Part shown: in pieces, positions 13,209 to 26,600 of the stretch
Layout: each line of letters opens with the position of its first letter
Position numbering within the stretch: position 1 is the first letter of the stretch
From: Eledone cirrhosa
Taxonomy: Eukaryota
Length of the DNA: 64,000 nucleotides
Direction: 5' to 3'
Assembly (NCBI GenBank): GCA_964016885.1
Contig: OZ024764.1
Span: 18,724,001-18,788,000, forward strand
Notes under the pieces: generated by a model
Databases searched by the model: none
What the model saw: the letters and a program-made list of their open reading frames with translations, nothing else
What the model was told of the DNA's origin: nothing
Program-made: the position numbers and the translations under genes

Positions 13209-16200
13209 GTGTCACAACAAAAGTACCCAGTCCACACTGTAAAGTGGTCATGTAGGTGTCACCACAAAAAGTACCCAGTCCACACTGTAAAGTGGTCACG
13301 TAGGTGTCACAACAAAAAGTACCCAGTCCACCCTGTAAAGTGGTCATATAGGTGTCACAACAAAAAGTACCCAGTCCACCCTGTAAAGTGGTCATGTATG
13401 TGTCACAACAAAAAGTACCCAGTCCACACTGTAAAGTGGTCATGTATGTGTCACAACAAAAAGTACCCAGTCCACACTTTAAAGTTGTCATGTAGGTGTC
13501 ACAACAAAAAGTACCCAGTCCACACTGTAATGTGGTCATGCAGATTTCACACCAAAAAGTACCCAGTCCACACTGTAATGTGGTCATATAGGTGTCACAA
13601 CAAAAAGTACCCAGTCCACACTGTAAAGTGGTCATGTAGGTGTCACAACAAAAAGTACCCAGTCCACACTGTCAAGTGGTCATGTAGGTGTCACAACAAA
13701 AAGTACCCTGTCCACACTGTAAAGTGGTCATGTAGCTGTCACAACAAAAAGTACCCAGACCACACTGTAATGTGGTCATGCAGGTTTCACAACAAAAAGT
13801 ACCCAGTCCACACTGTAATCTGGTCATATAGGTGTCACAACAAAAAGTACCCAGTCCACACTGTAAAGTGGTCATGTAGGTGTCACAACAAAAGTACCCA
13901 GTCCACACTGTAAAGTGGACATGTAGGTGTCATGACAAAAAGTACCCAGTCCACACTGTAAAGTGGTCATGTAGGTGTCACAACAAAAAGTACACAGTCC
14001 ACACTGTAAAGTGGTCATGTAGGTGTCACAACAAAAAGTACCCAGTCCACACTGTAAAGTGGTCATGTAGGTGTCACAACAAAAAGTACCCAGTCCACAC
14101 TGTAAAGTGATCATGTAGGTGTCACAACAAAATATACCCAGTCCACACTGTAAAGTGGTCATGTAGGTGTCACAACAAAAAGTACCCAGTCCACACTGTA
14201 AAGTGGTCATGTAGGTGTCACAACAAAAAGTACCCAGTCCACACTGTAAAGTGGTCATGTAGGTGTCACAACAAAAAGTACCCAGTCCACCCTGTAAAGT
14301 GGTCATATAGGTGTCACAACAAAAAGTACCCAGTCCACCCTGAAAATGGGTATTGTTTGTGTCACAACAAAAAGTACCCAGTCCACACTGTAAAGTGGTC
14401 ATGTATGTGTCACAACAAAAATTACCCAATCCACACTTTAAAGTGGTCATGTAGGTGTCACAACAAAAAGTACCCAATCCACACTGTAAAGAGGTCATGT
14501 TGGTGTCACAACAAAACGTACCCAGTCCACACTGTAAAGTGGTCATGTAGGTGTCACAACAAAAAGTACCCAGTCCACACTGTAAAGTGGTCATGTAGGT
14601 GTCACAACAAAAAGTACCCAGTCCACACTGTAAGGTGGTCATGTAGGTGTCACAACAAAATATACCCAGTCCACACTGTAAAGTGGTCATGTAGGTGTCA
14701 CAACAAAAAGTACCCAGTCCACACTGTAAAGTGGTCATGTAGGTGTCACAACAAAAAGTACCCAATCCACACTGTAAAGTGGTCATGTAGGTGTCACAAC
14801 AAAAAGTACGCAGTCCACCCTGTAAAGTGGTCATATATGTGTCACAACAAAAAGTACCCAGTCCACCCTGTAAAGTGGTCATGTATGTGTCACAACAAAA
14901 AGTACCCAGTCCACACTGTAAAGTGGTCATGTATGTGTCACAACAAAAAGTACCCAGTCCACACTGTAAAGTGGTCATGTATGTGTCACAACAAAAAGTA
15001 CACAGTCCACACTGTAATGTGGTCATGTATGTGTCACAACAAAAATTACCCAATCCACACTTTAAAGTGGTCATGTAGGTGTCACAACAAAACGTACCCA
15101 ATCCACACTGTAAAGAGGTCATGTTGGTGTCACAACAAAACGTACCCAGTCCACACTGTAAAGTGGTCATGTAGGTGTCACAACAAAAAGTACCCAGTCC
15201 ACACTGTAAAGTGGTCATGTAGGTGTCACAACAAAAAGTACCCAGTCCACACTGTAAGGTGGTCATGTAGGTGTCACAACAAAATATACCCAGTCCACAC
15301 TGTAAAGTGGTCATGTAGGTGTCACAACAAAAAGTACCCAGTCCACACTGTAAAGTGGTCATGTAGGTGTCACAACAAAAAGTACCCAATCCACACTGTA
15401 AAGTGGTCATGTAGGTGTCACAACAAAAAGTACGCAGTCCACCCTGTAAAGTGGTCATATATGTGTCACAACAAAAAGTACCCAGTCCACCCTGTAAAGT
15501 GGTCATGTATGTGTCACAACAAAAAGTACCCAGTCCACACTGTAAAGTGGTCATGTATGTGTCACAACAAAAAGTACCCAGTCCACACTGTAAAGTGGTC
15601 ATGTATGTGTCACAACAAAAAGTACACAGTCCACACTGTAATGTGGTCATGTATGTGTCACAACAAAAATTACCCAATCCACACTTTAAAGTGGTCATGT
15701 AGGTGTCACAACAAAAAGTACCCAATCCACACTGTAAAGAGGTCATGTTGGTGTCACAACAAAAAGTACCCAGTCCACACTGTAAAGTGGTCATGTAGGT
15801 GTCACAACAAAAAGTACCCAGTCCACACTGTAAAGTGGTCATGTAGGTGTCACAACAAAAAGTACCCAGTCCACACTGTAAAGTGGTCATGTAGGTGTCA
15901 CAACAAAAAGTACCCAGTCCACACTGTAAGGTGGTCATGTAGGTGTCACAACAAAATATACCCAGTCCACACTGTAAAGTGGTCATGTAGGTGTCACAAC
16001 AAAAAGTACCCAGTCCACACTGTAAAGTGGTCATGTAGGTGTCACAACAAAAAGTACCCAATCCACACTGTAAAGTGGTCATGTAGGTGTCACAACAAAA
16101 AGTACCCAGTCCACCCTGTAAAGTGGTCATATATGTGTCACAACAAAAAGTACCCAGTCCACCCTGTAAAGTGGTCATGTATGTGTCACAACAAAAAGTA

Positions 16201-19200
16201 CCCAGTCCACACTGTAAAGTGGTCATGTATGTGTCACAACAAAAAGTACCCAGTCCACACTGTAAAGTGGTCATATATGTGTCACAACAAAAAGTACCCA
16301 GTCCACACTGTAAAGTGGTCATGTAGGTGTCACAACAAAAAGTACCCAGTCCACACTGTAAAGTGGTCATGTAGGTGTCACAACAAAAAGTACCCAGTCC
16401 ACACTGTAAAGTGGTCATGTAGGTGTCACAACAAAATATACCCAGTCCACACTGTAAAGTGGTCATGTAGGTGTCACAACAAAAAGTACCCAGTCCATAC
16501 TTTAAAGTGGTCATGTAGGTGTCACAACAAAAAGTACCCAGTCCACACTGTAATGTGGTCATGCAGGTTTCACACCAAAAAGTACCCAGTCCACACTGTA
16601 ATGTGGTCATATAGGTGTCACAACAAAAAGTACCCAGTCCACACTGTAAAGTGGACATGTAGGTGTCATGACAAAAAGTACCCAGTCCACACTGTAAAGT
16701 GGTCATGTAGGTGTCACAACAAAAAGTAACCAGTCCACACTGTAAAGTGGTCATGTAGGTGTCACAACAAAAAGTACCCAGTCCACACTGTAAAGTGGTC
16801 ATGTAGGTGTCACAACAAAAAGTACCCAGTCCACACTGTAAAGTGGTCATGTAGGTGTCACAACAAAATATACCCAGTCCACACTGTAAAGTGGTCATGT
16901 AGGTGTCACAACAAAAAGTACCCAGTCCACACTGTAAAGTGGTCATGTAGGTGTCACAACAAAAAGTACCCAGTCCACACTGTAAAGTAGTCATGTAGGT
17001 GTCACAACAAAAAGTACCCAGTCCACCCTGTAAAGTGGTCATATATGTGTCACAACAAAAAGTACCCAGTCCACCCTGTAAAGTGGTCATGTATGTGTCA
17101 CAACAAAAAGTACCCAATCCACACTGTAAAGTGGTCATGTAGGTGTCACAACAAAATATACCCAGTCCACACTGTAAAGTGGTCATGTAGGTGTCACAAC
17201 AAAAAGTACCCAGTCCACACTGTAAAGTGGTCATGTAGGTGTCACAACAAAAAGTACCCAGTCCACACTGTAAAGTGGTCCTGTAGGTGTCACAACAAAA
17301 AGTACCCAGTCCACCCTGTAAAGTGGTCATATATGTGTCACAACAAAAAGTACCCAGTCCACCCTGTAAAGTGGTCATGTATGTGTCACAACAAAAAGTA
17401 CCCAGTCCACACTGTAAAGTGGTCATGTAGGTGTCACAACAAAAAGTACCCAGTCCACACTGTAAAGTGGTCAAGTAGGTGTCACAACAAAAAGTACCCA
17501 GTCCACACTGTAAAGTGGACATGTAGGTGTCATGACAAAAAGTACCCAGTCCACACTGTAAAGTGGTCATGTAGGTGTCACAACAAAAGTACCCAGTCCA
17601 CACTGTAAAGTGGTCATGTAGGTGTCACCACAAAAAGTACCCAGTCCACACTGTAAAGTGGTCACGTAGGTGTCACAACAAAAAGTACCCAGTCCACCCT
17701 GTAAAGTGGTCATATAGGTGTCACAACAAAAAGTACCCAGTCCACCCTGTAAAGTGGTCATGTATGTGTCACAACAAAAAGTACCCAGTCCACACTGTAA
17801 AGTGGTCATGTATGTGTCACAACAAAAAGTACCCAGTCCACACTTTAAAGTTGTCATGTAGGTGTCACAACAAAAAGTACCCAGTCCACACTGTAATGTG
17901 GTCATGCAGATTTCACACCAAAAAGTACCCAGTCCACACTGTAATGTGGTCATATAGGTGTCACAACAAAAAGTACCCAGTCCACACTGTAAAGTGGTCA
18001 TGTAGGTGTCACAACAAAAAGTACCCAGTCCACACTGTCAAGTGGTCATGTAGGTGTCACAACAAAAAGTACCTAGTCCACACTGTAAAGTGGTCATGTA
18101 GCTGTCACAACAAAAAGTACCCAGACCACACTGTAATGTGGTCATGCAGGTTTCACAACAAAAAGTACCCAGTCCACACTGTAATCTGGTCATATAGGTG
18201 TCACAACAAAAAGTACCCAGTCCACGCTGTAAAGTGGTCATGTAGGTGTCACAACAAAAAGTACCCAGTCCACACTGTAAAGTGGACATGTAGGTGTCAT
18301 GACAAAAGGTACCCAGTCCACACTGTAAAGTGGTCATGTAGGTGTCAGAACAAAAAGTACACAGTCCACACTGTAAAGTGGTCATGTAGGTGTCACAACA
18401 AAAAGTACCCAGTCCACACTGTAAAGTGGTCATGTAGGTGTCACAACAAAAATTACCCAGTCCACACTGTAAAGTGATCATGTAGGTGTCACAACAAAAT
18501 ATACCCAGTCCACACTGTAAAGTGGTCATGTAGGTGTCACAACAAAAAGTACCCAGTCCACACTGTAAAGTGGTCATGTAGGTGTCACAACAAAAAGTAC
18601 CCAGTCCACACTGTAAAGTGGTCATGTAGGTGTCACAACAAAAAGTACCCAGTCCACCCTGTAAAGTGGTCATATAGGTGTCACAACAAAAAGTACCCAG
18701 TCCACCCTGAAAATGGGTATTGTTTGTGTCACAACAAAAAGTACCCAGTCCACACTGTAAAGTGGTCATGTATGTGTCACAACAAAAATTACCCAATCCA
18801 CACTTTAAAGTGGTCATGTAGGTGTCACAACAAAAAGTACCCAATCCACACTGTAAAGAGGTCATGTTGGTGTCACAACAAAACGTACCCAGTCCACACT
18901 GTAAAGTGGTCATGTAGGTGTCACAACAAAAAGTACCCAGTCCACACTGTAAAGTGGTCATGTAGGTGTCACAACAAAAAGTACCCAGTCCACACTGTAA
19001 GGTGGTCATGTAGGTGTCACAACAAAATATACCCAGTCCACACTGTAAAGTGGTCATGTAGGTGTCACAACAAAAAGTACCCAGTCCACACTGTAAAGTG
19101 GTCATGTAGGTGTCACAACAAAAAGTACCCAATCCACACTGTAAAGTGGTCATGTAGGTGTCACAACAAAAAGTACGCAGTCCACCCTGTAAAGTGGTCA

Positions 19201-22200
19201 TATATGTGTCACAACAAAAAGTACCCAGTCCACCCTGTAAAGTGGTCATGTATGTGTCACAACAAAAAGTACCCAGTCCACACTGTAAAGTGGTCATGTA
19301 TGTGTCACAACAAAAAGTACCCAGTCCACACTGTAAAGTGGTCATGTATGTGTCACAACAAAAAGTACACAGTCCACACTGTAATGTGGTCATGTATGTG
19401 TCACAACAAAAATTACCCAATCCACACTTTAAAGTGGTCATGTAGGTGTCACAACAAAACGTACCCAATCCACACTGTAAAGAGGTCATGTTGGTGTCAC
19501 AACAAAACGTACCCAGTCCACACTGTAAAGTGGTCATGTAGGTGTCACAACAAAAAGTACCCAGTCCACACTGTAAAGTGGTCATGTAGGTGTCACAACA
19601 AAAAGTACCCAGTCCACACTGTAAGGTGGTCATGTAGGTGTCACAACAAAATATACCCAGTCCACACTGTAAAGTGGTCATGTAGGTGTCACAACAAAAA
19701 GTACCCAGTCCACACTGTAAAGTGGTCATGTAGGTGTCACAACAAAAAGTACCCAATCCACACTGTAAAGTGGTCATGTAGGTGTCACAACAAAAAGTAC
19801 GCAGTCCACCCTGTAAAGTGGTCATATATGTGTCACAACAAAAAGTACCCAGTCCACCCTGTAAAGTGGTCATGTATGTGTCACAACAAAAAGTACCCAG
19901 TCCACACTGTAAAGTGGTCATGTATGTGTCACAACAAAAAGTACCCAGTCCACACTGTAAAGTGGTCATGTATGTGTCACAACAAAAAGTACACAGTCCA
20001 CACTGTAATGTGGTCATGTATGTGTCACAACAAAAATTACCCAATCCACACTTTAAAGTGGTCATGTAGGTGTCACAACAAAAAGTACCCAATCCACACT
20101 GTAAAGAGGTCATGTTGGTGTCACAACAAAAAGTACCCAGTCCACACTGTAAAGTGGTCATGTAGGTGTCACAACAAAAAGTACCCAGTCCACACTGTAA
20201 AGTGGTCATGTAGGTGTCACAACAAAAAGTACCCAGTCCACACTGTAAAGTGGTCATGTAGGTGTCACAACAAAAAGTACCCAGTCCACACTGTAAGGTG
20301 GTCATGTAGGTGTCACAACAAAATATACCCAGTCCACACTGTAAAGTGGTCATGTAGGTGTCACAACAAAAAGTACCCAGTCCACACTGTAAAGTGGTCA
20401 TGTAGGTGTCACAACAAAAAGTACCCAATCCACACTGTAAAGTGGTCATGTAGGTGTCACAACAAAAAGTACCCAGTCCACCCTGTAAAGTGGTCATATA
20501 TGTGTCACAACAAAAAGTACCCAGTCCACCCTGTAAAGTGGTCATGTATGTGTCACAACAAAAAGTACCCAGTCCACACTGTAAAGTGGTCATGTATGTG
20601 TCACAACAAAAAGTACCCAGTCCACACTGTAAAGTGGTCATATATGTGTCACAACAAAAAGTACCCAGTCCACACTGTAAAGTGGTCATGTAGGTGTCAC
20701 AACAAAAAGTACCCAGTCCACACTGTAAAGTGGTCATGTAGGTGTCACAACAAAAAGTACCCAGTCCACACTGTAAAGTGGTCATGTAGGTGTCACAACA
20801 AAATATACCCAGTCCACACTGTAAAGTGGTCATGTAGGTGTCACAACAAAAAGTACCCAGTCCATACTTTAAAGTGGTCATGTAGGTGTCACAACAAAAA
20901 GTACCCAGTCCACACTGTAATGTGGTCATGCAGGTTTCACACCAAAAAGTACCCAGTCCACACTGTAATGTGGTCATATAGGTGTCACAACAAAAAGTAC
21001 CCAGTCCACACTGTAAAGTGGACATGTAGGTGTCATGACAAAAAGTACCCAGTCCACACTGTAAAGTGGTCATGTAGGTGTCACAACAAAAAGTAACCAG
21101 TCCACACTGTAAAGTGGTCATGTAGGTGTCACAACAAAAAGTACCCAGTCCACACTGTAAAGTGGTCATGTAGGTGTCACAACAAAAAGTACCCAGTCCA
21201 CACTGTAAAGTGGTCATGTAGGTGTCACAACAAAATATACCCAGTCCACACTGTAAAGTGGTCATGTAGGTGTCACAACAAAAAGTACCCAGTCCACACT
21301 GTAAAGTGGTCATGTAGGTGTCACAACAAAAAGTACCCAGTCCACACTGTAAAGTAGTCATGTAGGTGTCACAACAAAAAGTACCCAGTCCACCCTGTAA
21401 AGTGGTCATATATGTGTCACAACAAAAAGTACCCAGTCCACCCTGTAAAGTGGTCATGTATGTGTCACAACAAAAAGTACCCAATCCACACTGTAAAGTG
21501 GTCATGTAGGTGTCACAACAAAATATACCCAGTCCACACTGTAAAGTGGTCATGTAGGTGTCACAACAAAAAGTACCCAGTCCACACTGTAAAGTGGTCA
21601 TGTAGGTGTCACAACAAAAAGTACCCAGTCCACACTGTAAAGTGGTCCTGTAGGTGTCACAACAAAAAGTACCCAGTCCACCCTGTAAAGTGGTCATATA
21701 TGTGTCACAACAAAAAGTACCCAGTCCACCCTGTAAAGTGGTCATGTATGTGTCACAACAAAAAGTACCCAGTCCACACTGTAAAGTGGTCATGTAGGTG
21801 TCACAACAAAAAGTACCCAGTCCACACTGTAAAGTGGTCAAGTAGGTGTCACAACAAAAAGTACCCAGTCCACACTGTAAAGTGGACATGTAGGTGTCAT
21901 GACAAAAAGTACCCAGTCCACACTGTAAAGTGGTCATGTAGGTGTCACAACAAAAGTACCCAGTCCACACTGTAAAGTGGTCATGTAGGTGTCACCACAA
22001 AAAGTACCCAGTCCACACTGTAAAGTGGTCACGTAGGTGTCACAACAAAAAGTACCCAGTCCACCCTGTAAAGTGGTCATATAGGTGTCACAACAAAAAG
22101 TACCCAGTCCACCCTGTAAAGTGGTCATGTATGTGTCACAACAAAAAGTACCCAGTCCACACTGTAAAGTGGTCATGTATGTGTCACAACAAAAAGTACC

Positions 22201-23616
22201 CAGTCCACACTTTAAAGTTGTCATGTAGGTGTCACAACAAAAAGTACCCAGTCCACACTGTAATGTGGTCATGCAGATTTCACACCAAAAAGTACCCAGT
22301 CCACACTGTAATGTGGTCATATAGGTGTCACAACAAAAAGTACCCAGTCCACACTGTAAAGTGGTCATGTAGGTGTCACAACAAAAAGTACCCAGTCCAC
22401 ACTGTCAAGTGGTCATGTAGGTGTCACAACAAAAAGTACCTAGTCCACACTGTAAAGTGGTCATGTAGCTGTCACAACAAAAAGTACCCAGACCACACTG
22501 TAATGTGGTCATGCAGGTTTCACAACAAAAAGTACCCAGTCCACACTGTAATCTGGTCATATAGGTGTCACAACAAAAAGTACCCAGTCCACGCTGTAAA
22601 GTGGTCATGTAGGTGTCACAACAAAAAGTACCCAGTCCACACTGTAAAGTGGACATGTAGGTGTCATGACAAAAGGTACCCAGTCCACACTGTAAAGTGG
22701 TCATGTAGGTGTCAGAACAAAAAGTACACAGTCCACACTGTAAAGTGGTCATGTAGGTGTCACAACAAAAAGTACCCAGTCCACACTGTAAAGTGGTCAT
22801 GTAGGTGTCACAACAAAAATTACCCAGTCCACACTGTAAAGTGATCATGTAGGTGTCACAACAAAATATACCCAGTCCACACTGTAAAGTGGTCATGTAG
22901 GTGTCACAACAAAAAGTACCCAGTCCACACTGTAAAGTGGTCATGTAGGTGTCACAACAAAAAGTACCCAGTCCACACTGTAAAGTGGTCATGTAGGTGT
23001 CACAACAAAAAGTACCCAGTCCACCCTGTAAAGTGGTCATATAGGTGTCACAACAAAAAGTACCCAGTCCACCCTGAAAATGGGTATTGTTTGTGTCACA
23101 ACAAAAAGTACCCAGTCCACACTGTAAAGTGGTCATGTATGTGTCACAACAAAAATTACCCAATCCACACTTTAAAGTGGTCATGTAGGTGTCACAACAA
23201 AAAGTACCCAATCCACAATGTAAAGAGGTCATGTTGGTGACACAACAAAACGTACCCAGTCCACACTGTAAAGTGGTCATGTAGGTGTCACAACAAAAAG
23301 TACCCAGTCCACACTGTAAAGTGGTCATGTAGGTGTCACAACAAAAAGTACCCAGTCCACACTGTAAAGTGGTCATGTAGGTGTCACAACAAAAAGTACC
23401 CATTCCACACTGTAAGGTGGTCATGTAGGTGTCACAAGAAAATATACCCAGTCCACACTGTAAAGTGGTCATGTAGGTGTCACAACAAAAAGTACCCAGT
23501 CCACACTGTAAAGTGGTCATATAGGTGTCACAACAAAAAGTACCCAATCCACACTGTAAAGTGGTCATGTAGGTGTCACAACAAAAAGTACGCAGTCCAC
23601 CCTGTAAAGTGGTCAT
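13209..23616. repeat. ~91-mer higher-order repeat (4,366/4,367 bp), about 2.4 copies
   Basis: Identical 144-aa pseudo-ORFs at 13201, 17567 and 21934 are spaced 4,366 and 4,367 (91x48 minus 2 or 1). Identical 790-aa pseudo-ORFs sit at 14357 and 18724. A related 90-mer (4,318 bp) spans 398->4716. Confidence 0.9.
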
Positions 23617-26600
23617 GTAGCTGTCACAACAAAAAGTACCCAGACCACACTGTAATGTGGTCATGCAGGTTTCACAACAAAAAGTACCCAGTCCACACTG
23701 TAATCTGGTCATATAGGTGTCACAACAAAAAGTACCCAGTCCACACTGTAAAGTGGTCATGTAGGTGTCACAACAAAAGTACCCAGTCCACACTGTAAAG
23801 TGGACATGTAGGTGTCATGACAAAAAGTACCCAGTCCACACTGTAAAGTGGTCATGTAGGTGTCACAACAAAAAGTACCAAGTCCACACTGTAAAGTGGT
23901 CATGTAGGTGTCACAACAAAAAGTACCCAGTCCACACTGTAAAGTGGTCATGTAGGTGTCACAACAAAAAGTACCCAGTCCACACTGTAAAGTGATCATG
24001 TAGGTGTCACAACAAAATATACCCAGTCCACACTGTAAAGTGGTCATGTAGGTGTCACAACAAAAAGTACCCAGTCCACACTGTAAAGTGGTCATGTAGG
24101 TGTCACAACAAAAAGTACCCAGTCCACACTGTAAAGTGGTCATGTAGGTGTCACAACAAAAAGTACCCAGTCCACCCTGTAAAGTGGTCATATAGGTGTC
24201 ACAACAAAAAGTACCCAGTCCACCCTGAAAATGGTTATTGTTTGTGTCACAACAAAAAGTACCCAGTCCACACTGTAAAGTGGTCATGTATGTGTCACAA
24301 CAAAAATTACCCAATCCACACTTTAAAGTGGTCATGTAGGTGTCACAACAAAAAGTACCCAATCCACACTGTAAAGAGGTCATGTTGGTGTCACAACAAA
24401 ACGTACCCAGTCCACACTGTAAAGTGGTCATGTAGGTGTCACAACAAAAAGTACCCAGTCCACACTGTAAAGTGGTCATGTAGGTGTCACAACAAAAAGT
24501 ACCCAGTCCACACTGTAAGGTGGTCATGTAGGTGTCACAACAAAATATACCCAGTCCACACTGTAAAGTGGTCATGTAGGTGTCACAACAAAAAGTACCC
24601 AGTCCACACTGTAAAGTGGTCATGTAGGTGTCACAACAAAAAGTACCCAATCCACACTGTAAAGTGGTCATGTAGGTGTCACAACAAAAAGTACGCAGTC
24701 CACCCTGTAAAGTGGTCATATATGTGTCACAACAAAAAGTACCCAGTCCACCCTGTAAAGTGGTCATGTATGTGTCACAACAAAAAGTACCCAGTCCACA
24801 CTGTAAAGTGGTCATGTATGTGTCACAACAAAAAGTACCCAGTCCACACTGTAAAGTGGTCATGTATGTGTCACAACAAAAAGTACACAGTCCACACTGT
24901 AATGTGGTCATGTATGTGTCACAACAAAAATTACCCAATCCACACTTTAAAGTGGTCATGTAGGTGTCACAACAAAACGTACCCAATCCACACTGTAAAG
25001 AGGTCATGTTGGTGTCACAACAAAACGTACCCAGTCCACACTGTAAAGTGGTCATGTAGGTGTCACAACAAAAAGTACCCAATCCACACTGTAAAGTGGT
25101 CATGTAGGTGTCACAACAAAATATGCCCAGTCCACACTGTAAAGTGGTCATGTAGGTGTCACAACAAAAAGTACCCAGTCCACCCTGTAAAGTGGTCATA
25201 TATGTGTTACACCAAAAAGTACCCAGTCCACCCTGTAAAGTGGTCATGTATGTGTCACAACAAAAAGTACCCAGTCCACACTGTAAAGTGGTCATGTATG
25301 TGTCACAACAAAAAGTACCCAGTCCACACTGTAAAGTGGTCATGTATGTGTCACAACAAAAAGTACCCAGTCCACACTTTAAAGTTGTCATGTAGGTGTC
25401 ACAACAAAAAGTACCCAGTCCACACTGTAATGTGGTCATGCAGGTTTCACACCAAAAAGTACCCAGTCCACACTGTAATGTGGTCATATAGGTGTCACAA
25501 CAAAAAGTACCCAGTCCACACTGTAAAGTGGTCATGTAGGTGTCACAACAAAAGTACCCAGTCCACACTGTCAAGTGGCCATGTAGGTGTCACAACAAAA
25601 AGTACCCAGTCCACACTGTAAAGTGGTCATGTAGGTGTCACAACAAAAATACCCAGTCCACACTGTAAAGTGGTCATATAGGTGTCACAACAAAAAGTAC
25701 CCAGTCCACCCTGTAAAGTGGTCATGTATGTGTCACAACAAAAAGTACCGAGTCCACACTGTAAAGTGGTCATGTATGTGTCACAACAAAAAGTACCCAG
25801 TCCACACTTTAAAGTTGTCATGTAGGTGTCACAACAAAAAGTACCCAGTTCACACTGTAATGTGGGCATGCAGGTTTCACACCAAAAAGTACCCAGTCCA
25901 CACTGTAATGTGGTCATGTATGTGTCACAACAAAAATTACCCAATCCACACTTTAAAGTGGTCATGTAGGTGTCACAACAAAAAGTACCCAATCCACACT
26001 GTAAAGAGGTCATGTTGGTGTCACAACAAAAAGTACCCAGTCCACACTGTAAAGTGGTCATGTAGGTGTCACAACAAAAGTACCCAGTCCACACTGTAAA
26101 GTGGTCATGTAGGTGTCACCACAAAAAGTACCCAGTCCACACTGTAAAGTGGTCACGTAGGTGTCACAACAAAAAGTACCCAGTCCACCCTGTAAAGTGG
26201 TCATATAGGTGTCACAACAAAAAGTACCCAGTTCACCCTGTAAAGTGGTCATGTATGTGTCACAACAAAAAGTACCCAGTCCACACTGTAAAGTGGTCAT
26301 GTATGTGTCACAACAAAAAGTACCCAGTCCACACTTTAAAGTTGTCATGTAGGTGTCACAACAAAAAGTACCCAGTCCACACTGTAATGTGGTCATGCAG
26401 ATTTCACACCAAAAAGTACCCAGTCCACACTGTAATGTGGTCATATAGGTGTCACAACAAAAAGTACCCAGTCCACACTGTAAAGTGGTCATGTAGGTGT
26501 CACAACAAAAAGTACCCAGTCCACACTGTCAAGTGGTCATGTAGGTGTCACAACAAAAAGTACCTAGTCCACACTGTAAAGTGGTCATGTAGCTGTCACA

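Larger units (their letters stand above)
1..23616. repeat. Large segmental tandem duplication, copy A (probably starts ~2 kb upstream of the window)
   Basis: Rare variants recur at +25,660: GTACCGAGT (~90/25750), AAGTCGTAATG (~1207/26867), CACTCTAAAG (1391/27051), GTAACGTGG (~2547/28207), GTCTACAC (~3018/28678). ORF 1069..4752 pairs with 26729..30412. The offset then steps to 25,614 (6633/32247), 23,170 (10898/34068) and 27,583 (13872/41455, 18038/45621, 22405/49988). Confidence 0.9.

Noticed and set aside
13701-13712. AAGTACCCTG where paralogous monomers have AAGTACCTAG, a possible micro gene conversion (CCCTG also occurs at ~51270)
   Set aside because: A single instance, indistinguishable from a consensus error or two point changes without reads.
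18038-21970. Long minus-strand ORFs (up to 1,310 aa) of the Cys-rich repeat MTTLQCGLGTFCCDTY, resembling metallothionein or keratin-associated proteins
   Set aside because: A 48-bp monomer that is stop-free in this frame yields long ORFs automatically. There are no unique termini or signal peptide, ORF ends are set by propagated frameshifts and stop variants, and an equally open frame overlaps on the other strand.
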